DNA of 63,959 nt, filler included, from Bigelowiella natans CCMP2755 (GCA_000320545.1; 5 parts of 5 records of this genome joined end to end with filler, not necessarily neighbours in it); one strand, 5' to 3'; shown: positions 14,654 to 27,335, counted from the whole stretch's first letter. Numbers and translations are program-made. Notes: a model not told the origin generated them from the letters alone.

Positions 14654-15396
14654 TATCGTTATGCACATGCACACGTATATGCGTACGTACATATGTAGCA
14701 GCTAAATGAAGTTCATGCTTCTTCCGTTTAAATTTGATGATTTCCTTGCTACAACTATGTTTTATTTTTGTTATTTTATTTTTCTTGATACATTGGTTGA
14801 TTAGGAGGAAAAGTTAGAGGCGCTGCTGGCAGTATCAAGGATTTTGGGCTAAGTGTAATGGGTTGCAGTAATAGTAGTAGTAATAGTAACACGAATCCCT
14901 CTTCTTCTCTTCCTTCTTCCAATGTTCTTCTGACAATATCACCTCAATTGGGCTTGGCAATCATCGATGCTACTTCATTTGGTACTACTCCTACTCACTT
15001 TTTTGTGTAGCAAACATATTATTATTACGTGTGCATTCTAGTGATGGTGTACGTTGTACACAGTTACTTCAACTTGTACTCTATATGTTTCATCTCTAAA
15101 TAATACTAATTATAAGTAACAATAACACTATCAATCAAATTTAGATTATGAAAGAAGTTCTGTGGAGTTATAGTCGTCTAATTGTTTCATTATTTGTTTG
15201 CGTTGATCAACGCCATAGGCAAGGACAGTAGAAGAGGAGGACCTTTGTTGTTTTCATACGACGCTACCACCACCACCAGCACATTATCAGCATCATCGAC
15301 GTCATCATATCACATACACGCGATCATCGATGCAAGTATGATGATGATACACAACTGACACCATCATATCACATACACGCGATCATCGATGCAAGT

Positions 15397-15431
<35 letters not shown>

Positions 15432-15904
15432 ACACAACCGTTTCTTAATTCTTGATACGTGGTTAAACAGCAGTAGTTGATAATGAGTAGAAATAGTGAT
15501 ATTATTCCACCAACATCGCATCTTGAATCATCATAGTTGTGCTTGCTTGCTCCGTGTCGTCGACGACTGTATGTATGTAGCTCAATCACTACAATTTATA
15601 TGATCAACATTGTTTCTTGTCAATGCATATCATCATCATAAATGTTAAAGAACACGTTTCTCATATAATTTAATTTTATTTACTCTCTGCAGGTATTATC
15701 GAGATGATTGTCAATAACCAAACAGCAATTTCCATATCCGTTCCAAATTATGATGAATCATGCACACACGTCTCGCTCTTTGGGGTTTCTTCCAATGATA
15801 GTAATGATGAGCTCGGGGAGGAGGCTATGGTGAGCGGCACGGCAGATGTGTGGGCAATGCGCGAGGCAAATCAACAAAATTCTGAATACTCCATCTTCAG
15901 CTAA
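12600..15904 (+). CDS. Glycoside hydrolase family 32 (beta-fructofuranosidase/invertase-like), 3' part; N-terminus lost at contig start
   Basis: Exons HYSMAKTLG|SEESNQVLYAG|RRVMFGWFQHDN|GNSALTLGRDLSLGDDFTLQQRFVPELKRLR match the GH32 GRR..GW and LPRELSL...PELxxLR motifs. C-terminal beta-sandwich HIHAIIDA|IIEMIVNNQTAISISV...ADVWAMREA. 5' boundary approximate. Confidence 0.8.
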
Positions 15905-17740
15905 ATCTATACACAGAGCTTGCTTCTCAGTAGCTTGATGATGCTATTTGTGGTCAAAATTTAGAAATTAAGCACGCAAGCCGATGTAAATTTGCGGCCC
16001 TTAGAATGGTCGGTTTTGACCTAGCTCGGTCTCCTTTGGATGCTGCTATGTTTCTTGCAGCATTGAAAAGCATCTTGACTCCATCTTTCGATCTTGCTTA
16101 TTATTTTCTCGAAATCCGCCTACCTAGATGTATTAGAAAAACTGCATATCTAGATATATACATCTAGACATGCATGCAGCGGCACATTCATGGAGTTCTC
16201 GATGCGATTTATTTCCTAAAAATGAGGCATTTTTTTGACGCGTTGCTGTCTAGCTAGCTAGCTAGCTAGGCCATCGTCTAGACTATCAGCTATGCAGAAT
16301 GCGCCATCAATCTGTCGTAGTCCAAATGCGATGCTGTCACACTCTACTAGTCTAGTACTCACCATTGATGCTTTCTAGCTTATTTGGCATGCTAGCATGG
16401 GCGGCTTCGCAGCATTACTAGCTAGATCTAGAGATTGCACTGATATCCAATATGCAAGAAAACAGCAAAAATTATTCGATCATAGTTGAGTTTTAGTATT
16501 TGCTATAGCTAGCTCTAGAGCTAGCTAGTTTGAGGAAATCTCCGGACGATTTTTCGGATAATACTGATTTTTGTTTTATTCGATCTTGTTATTGTTGTGC
16601 ACAGCCTCGCACTTACTTAGTAGAACATGAGTACATGGCTACATGTACGTCGCCAGATCGAGATGTTAATAGCTCGAAATAGTGCGTGCATATAGCTAGA
16701 TAGCTGGCTTATGGGCATAGCATACATCGAAGACATAATACTGAACACAGACAAGCAGACAATGTGATTCGCTGCACGATCTAGCTAGCTAGTCCAGTAT
16801 TAGCGATGAAAGTGCTGCATGCAACAGCTGCTTGCATCGCTAATTTGACTCAGGTCTTTAGAAATACTAACGTTGTAACAATATCTTTAAGCCTTCAGCA
16901 TCATATCTGGTTCAAAGTATTTGGTAAAACGAGGAAAGCATATTCAGCTGCTGTGTTTATTTTGCCTTGGAATATGCTGCATTTTCTTGAAGTACTTTGA
17001 GCTTTCGTGACATAAACGCATTTAGCACTGCACCCCCAGAGGATAAAGCCGCAAATAATATGGTTCCCAAGCTGACGAGGTAAGTATGATGTAAGTCTCA
17101 CAAATTAAGAGGTTGCCATATATATAGTTTAAAGGATAACCACCTTTGGTCTACGCTAAGGCATTTTGCTGCAATTAGGAGAAGACTCAAAGCTCCTCCA
17201 GAACACCTGGCGTGATCGCAACTTTAAGAGGCCATTGGATATAAGACTATAATCATAATGTACTACCACAAAATGCCAAAATAGCATAGAGTATTCGATA
17301 ACATCTTCGGATTCAGAGCTGCGTGGATAATCAGTGCTGGCATCTGACATTGATAGATGATTTCGTAATTAGTATTTTGAATGCAGCTTTTAAATCAATA
17401 GATGATTTCGTAATCAGTACTTTGAATGAATACAGCTTCAAAATCAAAAACTAACTGCTAAGCTAATTCATACCACTGATGTGGCCGAAATGATTCCTGC
17501 TTGACTATGCGTTCTAATAATTTCACACATTGAAATTATCTTCATGCGTGATTGTTGACAGTCTTTTGTTGTCAGATTTCGACGTGAAAGGGGAAATGGT
17601 TGAGAGAGAGAGAGAGGGGGGGGGGGGGAGTCGTAGGAGGTAGATGCAATGACATACGATTGAAACTCTTGATATATCTGTAGTAGTATCATTCTGAGGT
17701 AGGTAGTGTCGTCATAGTTTCTATAAATTGTTATGCGGTG

Positions 17741-17793
<53 letters not shown>

Positions 17794-19532
17794 CACCACT
17801 ACTACTACTATTACTACGTCGTACTCTAGCTGCGGGAATGCTGGAATGACAAACGATAACAGAAGGCCCAAAATAAGAAACCTACCAACACCAAATTTAA
17901 ACATAGTTGGAAATATCAACTACAAGCTGAATTGTTTGAATGTATGGAAGTGTTAACAACCCATAAAAAGCTGGAAGACTGGAATTCATCGTCTTTTTCA
18001 CTGCTGCGCTAGTTTTGTACCGAGGGTCAACCTTCAAAACAATTTTATTACGGTAAGAGGATGATATAATGTCTTCTCGTTCAAATCAGAGTTTAGATGA
18101 TTGTATATGTTGCATAAAATAAACCGTATGGCGATAGTTGAAGTCTGAGCCATCACCGGGATCTACTTGTGGATTTCCTAAATTTAGAACATGAGCATTT
18201 TAATATTAGGGAGAGCTTCCTCGTTCGGTAGCAACTGGCATGTTTATTTGTTTCTATTTCCCAATGTTTGATTGGACATACTTACTGTAGCGAGATGGCA
18301 TATTCAGCTTTAATCTCCTCCTCTATGGAGGGATGGCTTGGGGAAGGTAGGGGGTGACTTCAGTGTTTGAGTTGCTGATGGATTTGACGACACACCCACT
18401 ATAATGACGATGTTTTATTTTGAAGAATAAAAATTATTTATTATTTATTCGCGATTGTAATACGAAATATTAATTAAAATGAAAAAATACCAAAAAATCT
18501 TTTTACCGGTCTGCATCTGGGTATGTTTTTGATCTATTTGGCAAATAAAACATACTATTTGCAGTGAATTCTCATGTAAAACATCGAATTCAATGCTAGA
18601 ATAAAAACTCGGCTTGGTGGTAAACTATTTTGTCTGGTCGCCTTCCGCAACAGGTATCATCTCACAACTCGAGGAAGGTGGTGACTTAATGTTGATGCCT
18701 TTTAACGCGCACGATGATGATGTTGATAGTGGCATCGATAAGAAGGAGGAAAGGGAAGATTAATATTATGTCAAAAATCTCAGTGGTTTCTCTTCCTCTT
18801 TGTGGCTCTAACCTTACCCTGTTCCATCACGTAGACTTGCGACGCAGTACATACATATTGGGCTGTGGGGAAAGTCCCCGAGCGAAGGGAAGAAAGTTCC
18901 ACCCTTAAATGGGAAGCTCCTCTTAGCCTCCTGTTTTGACGAAGACGGTGATCTCCTGAGTTAGGGAGGCTGTGGGCAGCGTTCGTTATAGCACAGTCAT
19001 GCAAGTAGCGGTAATGCTTCGTTTTCATTAACCTGGAACCTGGACATTTAGTATTTTTCAAAGTCTCAGCGAAGTTAGCCTTGGATAACTTATGCGAAGA
19101 TAACTATCACTTAGGTCTATACGGCAGTCAACTCAACGGGGCTTACTCTCCTCGGGTTGTCAACCCCTCAATGTTTCTGGAAACTTGTGTCTATGACACA
19201 GACACGAAAAAGTGTCTCAAATTCACTGCGACCATGTGCAAACAGCACCGACGGATAACTTCCACAACATTCGTTCAACGCAATTTGCGCTCCGCACAAT
19301 GATTTTGGGAGACGGATAGGAAACGAGGCGGCTGCGAGCGAACATCAAAGAATCGCAACGTGCGCACCTAGCCGCGTCGCATGCGCCATTGTTCTGCTGT
19401 ACATCCACACACTCCTTGAACAACACACAGGACCCAAAGGGTGGAATGTGTGTGTGTGTTTGTGTGGGTCTGTGACATGTGCATCGACCACTTCCTAGAC
19501 TTCACGTGTGTCTCCACCATGGCTGGCTAGCA

Positions 19533-20067
19533 CACCTTGCTCAAACCGTGTGACGAGCGGGGCCATGACACGTGCGCAAATGTGGCCAGGAGCAACGTGC
19601 ATGTGCACGGAATCGATCTCGAGGAGACACCTCAGTTTTTGTGTTTTGAAAATTGGGCAAAATTGTTGGGAAATCAAATGAGCTTTCACTTTTTCGAGGA
19701 AAAAAGCCAAAAACAACTCTCCCATTGGCACGAATGCTTAGAATTGCGCACGCAGAGCAAAAAACGATGAAAATTGCTGAAAGCGCTTGTCAAACGAGTC
19801 CAGGAGTGTCAAAATGTCGACACTTTGCTTCGTGTGACCAGCTGGTGCGTGCTGGCGTGGTCACGTGCTGGCGTGCAGCAAAGTGTCGACATTTTGTGTG
19901 TTCCACGTGCCGCACATCGAGAATTTTCACAAGTGATTGAGTTCAATTGAGCCAAGTTGAAGTGCGCAATGACAGCTGCACGTTGAGCAAAGTGTTGTCG
20001 AAAAACATCACCCAGTGCTTTGAGATGGCTCACTTTTTGTGTCGATGTTGCACACTGGGGCAAGATG
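19533..20067. mobile_element. MITE-like non-autonomous DNA element, copy 1 (internally deleted, inverted relative to copy 2)
   Basis: Aligns as the reverse complement of 20208-20990, lacking about 220 bp. Ends caccttgctcaaaccgtg ... atgttgcacactggggcaagatg are degenerate TIRs. Flanked by CA and TG. Confidence 0.65.
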
Positions 20068-20207
20068 TGAGCAAGTGGCCCCTCACGTGTGCCACGCACA
20101 AATCAGCGCACACGTCTGGACGTGAACACGCGCACATCGAACACACGTGCCTTTTTTGCAGTCACAAAAAGTGGTGCACGTGTTTTTCGCGCGCACACAC
20201 ACACACA

Positions 20208-20990
20208 CGTCTTGCCCAAGCGTGCAACATCGACACAAAAAGTGAGCCATCTCAAAAACGACTGGTGGTGTTTCACTTGATGATTTTTTGCTCAACGTGC
20301 AGCTGTTGTCATTGCGCACTTCAATTTGGCTCAATTGAACTCAATCACTTGTGAAAATTCTCATGTGCGATGCGTGGGAACACACAAAGTGTGCAAACGT
20401 CGACACTTTGCTGCGTGTGACCACACACCAAACGATCACGTGAAGCAAAGTGTCGACACTTTGACACTCCTGGACTCGTTTTGTTTGACCAGTGCTTTCA
20501 GCAATGCTCATCACTTTTTGCTGTGCGTGCGCAATTCTGAGCATTCGTGCCAATGGGAGAGTCGTTTTTTGCACTTTGCTTTTTCTTGAAAAAGTGAAAG
20601 CTTTGATTTCCCAATTTTGCCCAACACATTTTGAAAACACAAAAACTGAGGTGTCTCCTCGAGATTTGGGACTTGGGCCTGACCACTTGTGCTGCATGTC
20701 AAATGGCTCTCAATCAACAGCTCAGAGGAACAGTTTCCTGCAACTCCTGCTGTGCTTGGAGCCAGTTGGAACCAAAGTGCACGAGGTTTTTCTCCTTGCA
20801 TGGCACGCAGATGGCTCAATTTTGGGCAATGCAGACGTGGAATTTCTCGAAAACTGGAACGAGATTGAACACAAAACTTGCATCGCATCGATTCCGTGCA
20901 CATGCGCGTTGCTCCTGGCCACACGTGCACACGCACACGTCATGGCCCCGCTCGTTGCACAGCCCAATGTTGCACGGTTTGGGCAAGACG
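20208..20990. mobile_element. MITE-like non-autonomous DNA element, copy 2
   Basis: ~24-bp TIRs cgtcttgcccaagcgtgcaacat ... atgttgcacggtttgggcaagacg; flanked by CA (20206-7) and TG (20991-2); no transposase motifs; internal hairpin gtcgacactttgct...agcaaagtgtcgac. Confidence 0.7.
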
Positions 20991-22205
20991 TGCATGGGAT
21001 CCAAAGGGTCCAACACGATGGGTGCGCATTCTTGTGTTGTCAATCAGATGCATGATTGTCTGGATTGCGTGTGCCATGTGGAGCTGCACTGGCACAGGCC
21101 AGCAGGTGCGCACCAGCGCATGTCAGCCAGGCCCATGGACTGTCGTGGAGGCCAGCAGCACCAGAGCAGGCGGCATGTAGCCAATGCTCCAGCCTGGCCT
21201 ACTGGCCTAGCTAGCAGCACGCGTTGCGTTTGTTCGACGATCCATCGATGCACACACGTCGTTGCGTTGCCATTGTGGTGGCTGCACATGAGAGCAGCGA
21301 AATCTAGCAGATGCTCTCGCGAGCCGGCTTGGATCGAATGCAGAAACTGAGCTTGCGATGCCTAGTTCTAGCAGCAGTAGTTCCAGCTAGGCCGTTGCAT
21401 TGCCTAGTTGCACACAACTGTGCAAGCTAGCTAGCATCGCAAAAGCTAGATGAGCGCTGGCCTGCTGCAGCGCAGATATCGACACGTAATATCATATATA
21501 TAATATATATGCTATTACTATGTCTATTATATCGAGGTGGCTTCTAGACTTCTAGACTTGCTTGGCGGAATGCACGTTTGCGGGAATGTGTGCACACCGC
21601 GCGCGGCAGCAGGTTAGCAGGGCTAGCAGGGCTCGCAAGGCGGGCTGCTTCTACTGCAGGCTGCAGCGGGCACGCAATGAGGTTTCAACTAAATGAGCAA
21701 TTGCACTTGCCTAGCTAGCTGGTCAATTGGCAGTCTGTAGTTACGGCACAATTTGCGGAGCTTTCCTTCAAACAAGTCTACGATTGATCGCGGTTGGAAC
21801 TCAATCAAAGCATGTCGATCCTCGCCAGCGAAATCCAAAGAATGCTTGAGCTAGATTGCGTGGTATCACGTTATTGCGCTGCGATAGCGATCTAGCGATG
21901 AGCTTGGTGGACTTGTCTGTTTGAGAATTTAATAAATTATTAAAGAATTGCATTATTGGCCTACTCTAGTACTGTCTGCTGTGCAATATGATATCGCTCT
22001 ATTATTGTATTGTGTGGTGAACGATAAACTATGACATATCTGCTGTTTGTTTCACTTCTACTGCTATACTTCACCTAGTGTGAATATATACCAGTTTTAC
22101 AAGATACTTTAGTATTTTTAGCACCAGTGTCGTCATCATCATAAATCACCTTGGGCAATCACTATACTAACATCTCTTATTAGACTATATACTACGAGAT
22201 CCCTG

Positions 22206-24912
22206 CTACCTTTGGCAAGGCTGCTTTTTCGCCATACTAATATCAGAAACTGCTTCTATAACCGTAGCAATTAATGGAGTTGACGCAGCGGATGAAGATG
22301 ATGGTGTAGTTGTGCTAGGAGTAGCAGTGGTAGTAGTAGTAGTTTGGGGGGGGGATGTGTTGGTGAACTCAAGAGGTAACCCCACCATACGCTGTTTCTT
22401 TTTCAATGTAGATAGAAAGGCACTCTTCCTTCCAACGATACCATGTGTTCGTGTTTTAGCCCCAGAATAACTGCAATATTTTCACAAAGTATTATTATAA
22501 AATAAACAAAAGCTACTGCTGTTGCTTAGGCCATATTAGGTAGGGCCGTCTACTACTTATTATTAGCTGCTACGAAGTTGGTGTTAGCGTACGTAGCACT
22601 AAATACATATCGTTGCTGCTGTCTGTCATAGTAGGGTTATCACTCGGCATTATTTATAAATATCTTAGGTCTCCATATCATTAATATCTTACGTCTCCAT
22701 ATCATTAATACCATCTATCCTATCATCATAATACCGACCGTGTGCTACGATGGCCCGTTTGTTTTTCCAGTTCGTCTTTAAAAGCTTCATCGTCCATAGA
22801 AACATAACCGACAGGGTCACAGTACTGGTGAAACTCCTTATTGGCAAAGAAGGCTCGATACCCACCGCGCATTACATGTACTTCTTCAACATCGAGATAA
22901 GGATAACAGTGAGCATTTGCTTCACGATCAAGAGCACGAAAGTACTTGCACAGCTCCGGGCCTCTGATTAGTGTCATCATCATGTTATGATGACAATAAT
23001 GGTGATAATATGATAATCTTGATGAGTTTAACTTGACAATAGGTATTGCAGTAACAAAACAAAATTACTGTGGATGATGTCGTTTATCATTGGTCAAAAT
23101 AGTAATGATTTTGATAATAAACATCATCATTAATAGCATCGTTCATATTTTTCCTTCCCCCTCTTTGTCTTCTTTCTTTTTCGTAGGCATCATCATCACT
23201 TTTATCATGATAATCGTTAGTATCATCATATCATTAATAGCCTCCTGCATGTGCAGACGACGGCTGGAGAAACACATTTTAGAAAGTGCGCTGCAACTTT
23301 CGTTACATACAAAAAACATAGTTTTGTGAAAAGAGTAGTACAATATTCACAGCAGACTTTGTGAAGATTATCATCATACCGATGCTGTGAATATTCGCAA
23401 TGGAAGATAATTGCACGGCGCCCGTTCTTTTCCTGCCGATTTTTATGGATTTGATCAAAATACCTATCAATATCCATACAAAGATAAATGAAGCTACTTC
23501 CAAGATATTATATATGTTAATGTTTAATATATTTATATCTACTATGTATGTTAATATTTAAATTTTATATGTATAAAAAAAAGTCAAATATAACTCCAAT
23601 AATTTCTATCTACTGTTCACATTTATTCTACCAATTTGCATACTTTTTTATATATTTCTTCTGATTTAAGTTGAGAGCGCCTTTAATGTGACCCCCTTCG
23701 TACTCATACCAATAACGGCAATCTATGATTACAAATTCCGAGAAATCTGCTCGAAACTTCCCTTCGATAAAAGCTGTTACCTTGCAAACATAAAATGAGC
23801 AAGCAAAAGAGTGTTGTAATAGGAAGAATGAATGCTGCTCACGATAAACGAATGCTGACACCGTCTCTATGAATAATATCGCTGCTGTGTTTATCTTCCT
23901 TCGCTAATATCACCCTGTAAGCAGGCATTGGTTGTATATATACTGCTGTGCCGTTGATAGTGATGATGAGAAGAGTGGGAGAAAGGGAAGGTTGGGGACA
24001 CGAATATATGTATTACACTTTCAGGTGATATCTGAGAGGTATAATTGGAGTATCCACAGGTAGGCAACAAAGAAGAGGAAGGTGAAGAAGAAATGCTACG
24101 TAATATTCCAGAAGTTTCACAGTGAAGATGACATCTTGCGATTGAGTTTCTCTCCTTTTTGTTGTTGTCAAGAAGTTCCTGCTGTGATATTTGATCGTGG
24201 TGATTCTTTGTCTTACTTGTCTCAATGGCCATGAGTATTCCTACTTTATCATCATGATGATGATGATGATGACTACTGTGACTATTATCGAAGCTGCTTT
24301 TGTATACCAATCCACCATCCTCTTTTTCTTCATTGTTATCGCCTTTCCCTTCGTCCAAAATTTTCCCTTTTCGATGGTCCAGAGAAGTAGCATTGTTAGC
24401 TCTTCTGCTGGTACCATCACTGATACAATAAGAGAAGGCATTGTTCGATGAAAACGAACCCAAGATCATACTTCTGGTCTTCCGCTTCGATCCACAGGAG
24501 GAGGAGGAGGAGGAGGAGGAGGAGGAGGAGGAGGAATCGCTTTTCAACCGTTGTACTAAGATAATAATGATGATAGTTATGATGTTTTCAACCGTTGTGC
24601 TAAGATAATAATGATGATAGTTATGATGTTTTCAACCGTTGAAGTAAGATCATAAAGATGATAATAATGATTATTCATGTAGAATGGCTATTATGATATG
24701 ATGCTGATGGAATAAAAGGCAAATAAGGTATCTTCGCACTGTTTTCTTCTTCGATTCTTTTCTGACTGAGGCAGATGAATACCTCGATTAGGTATTGGAA
24801 AATATTTTCGCAAGCTGTGATTTGCATATCCATAGGATGAGGGAGGAGGGCCCTTATTTTTGTTATTACTCCTCATTTTCTTCTCCACTTCTTCTTCGAT
24901 AACGATTTCCAT
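22206..24912 (-). CDS. CDC25: Cdc25 (M-phase inducer) phosphatase, multi-exon
   Basis: [21 protein letters not shown]; catalytic [11 protein letters not shown]|GP (HCX5R); [28 protein letters not shown]; [12 protein letters not shown]; Ser-rich low-complexity N-terminus. Start exon uncertain. Confidence 0.9.
24541..24640. repeat. 44-bp tandem repeat, about 2.3 copies, at a Cdc25 intron/exon boundary
   Basis: Unit ttttcaaccgttgt(a/g)ctaagataataatgatgatagttatgatg. Confidence 0.9.
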
Positions 24913-26767
24913 TTCCCGTTATCGCGAGTCGAATAGGTAGCAGCGAACACAAAAGAAGATGCGTTATCCAGCCAGCCTATCACTCAGCCAGAATACTGAA
25001 GATGTTCTGTTTACAACCAATAGCGAGACTAAATCAAAATATGAAGGAAACCGTGTTGCTGCTTATCATATTTTTCGCCATATTTTCCATCCTTGCTTAT
25101 GATAATTAATTATTATATGTTCGTCGTGCGTTAGTTTTCTTCCAAAATTGCGGCGTGAGAAGCACAGCATTTTATACATGTATTGGGATTGGCCAAGGGG
25201 AGGGGATCTTCATTTGCGGATCCAAAGCTTCGGTTCATTTGCGGATCCAAAGCTTCGGTGTTCGTCCTTTTTGAAGAATTGAAAGGAGAATTATTGGCTA
25301 CGACTACATTTTATTGAAGTCTTAGTAGGAATTACCAACATCCATGTCCAACTTGATCATTTCTATGAGATAATGATGACAATGTGACATAAAAATAAGA
25401 CATAATTGTTATACGACTCGTATGTGCTACAGAGGAGGATTCGGTATTTCTTCGTAGTATTCACATGTACGACAATATGATTTTATTATAAACTCCTAGA
25501 ACTGTTAATTCTTTAATTCTTACGGGGTCTTCATCCTCCTCCTTATGAATTATTATTATTCCAATAACTGCAACTACCTCTCTCTGTAATAACAAACAGG
25601 ACGGGGGGTGAGAAGAAGAAGAAGAAGAAGGGAGATCGTCGATCTTACGGCGGCTGCTAGAAATACTACCACTACTACTACTCTTAGGTGCGTCTTGTAG
25701 TGTCGATGATTCAACAGATACATTCATCCTCTGATCTAGCTAGGTGTGCAGCTGGAGGTAATTGGAACACAAACAGCTGTTTGCAGGGGCTAGTTAGTTA
25801 ATCAGCTGAAGAGTGTTATAAAAGCGACAAAATGATGCATGTCCTAATCCTCTTGAACCATCACCCTTATTCCCAGAACTAAAAGGAGCAAGAGAGCAAA
25901 CAATTCAACCTGGGACAACGCCTGTGTCTCCTCCGTTTGTCGGCATTGGGTGTGGAAAGCACTAGTTGAGAAAGGCATCTTCATACACTGATGATGAGGA
26001 GAAGACGCGTCGTTGGTGTGAGTACTGGTGTATCATCATCATCATCACCACCATTTGGAGCAGCAGCAGGAGTAGGTAAAATATTTGGTTCTACAACGGC
26101 AGCTGCTAGAAATGGGAGAAGGGGGAGGAGAGGGAGGGAGAGAAGTGATGTGAACAACGCAGCAACGATAACAGGATTGCGCCAAGGTACGTACTACATG
26201 CAGTAATTTTGAATCAATTGACAGCTACTACCGATTAATATGTTATTTGTCTATCGATGATGCACATGTTAAATAGTTTGTGAAAAGCTAGTTGAAAAAC
26301 TGGGAGGGTAACAACAAAAACCATATGCTTTTCATTTTTATACTTACCTACACTATAGGTAAGCAGGTCATATCATCAGCCAGGCTACAAATGCTTCTCC
26401 ATCTCAACTTTTACTTCAGCGTTGTTCGATCGGTCCTGACAGCTCTTGTAATTAGATATAAGGTCGTCCCTACTGTGTTGAGTTTCTGCTTCCTGACACA
26501 CATGATTCTAACATTAGAGGGGATGGACGCATACACTACTAGCACTGAAACCTTATGGATACTACTACTATTATTACTACTAATACTACTACTGCTACTA
26601 CTACTACTACTACTACTACTACTTTCTCACCACCACCACCACCACCACCACTTGTAGAGTGTAAATGACCATCTCGACCCAGTGGGGGCAGCGTTTTTAA
26701 CGGTTTGGTCTATCAATGAGATGATTCGCTTGTACTTGGGATACGTTGCTAATTTAAAGGAGAAGGT

Positions 26768-26802
<35 letters not shown>

Positions 26803-27242
26803 CAGCATCATACATACAACTACATGTGTGCATTGGGGGGGGGGACAGAAATTCATAAATGGTGTTTCTTATCATTTACAGGTTCCACATTTTGCTGGTT
26901 TCTTCTTCCTCACAGTCCTTCAGTTAGTGTTCATAATGTAATACAATAAGGAATGTTGATGCTGCTGTTTTCGGATATTGTTTCATTCATACAAAGGGTA
27001 TTAGCAATAGATGATGATGATGATGAATCATTCATACAATGGGTATCAGCATTAGATGATGATGATGATGATGATGAATCAAGTACCTGCTGCTGCTGCT
27101 GCTGCTGCTGCTGCATATATTTTGGCGCTGACTTATTATCATTGCAGATACCAAATGGGATTTCAAGGCAAACGCCTTCCAATTGATGTTATTCTTGGAA
27201 TTTGCGATTGCATATTTATTGTGGGTGAGGTAATCATCACTG

Positions 27243-27335
<93 letters not shown>

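Noticed and set aside
18780-19302. Short ORFs next to the MITE pair as transposase or homing-endonuclease remnants (ASHL-like motif)
   Set aside because: No DDE, HTH or complete His-Cys motif is recognisable. A translated search would be needed.
19495-21350. Dense stack of overlapping ORFs on both strands
   Set aside because: With no TA there are no TAA/TAG stops and no Tyr codons in any frame. The ORFs are a by-product of composition and show no protein motifs.
25209-25258. Short direct repeats as a CRISPR-like array
   Set aside because: Only two adjacent copies with no spacer, in a eukaryotic context with no cas genes. No rRNA or tRNA genes were recognised in the window either.
25461-27240. 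Minus-strand low-complexity ORFs as extra Cdc25 5' exons or another gene
   Set aside because: No motif and no reliable splice chain.
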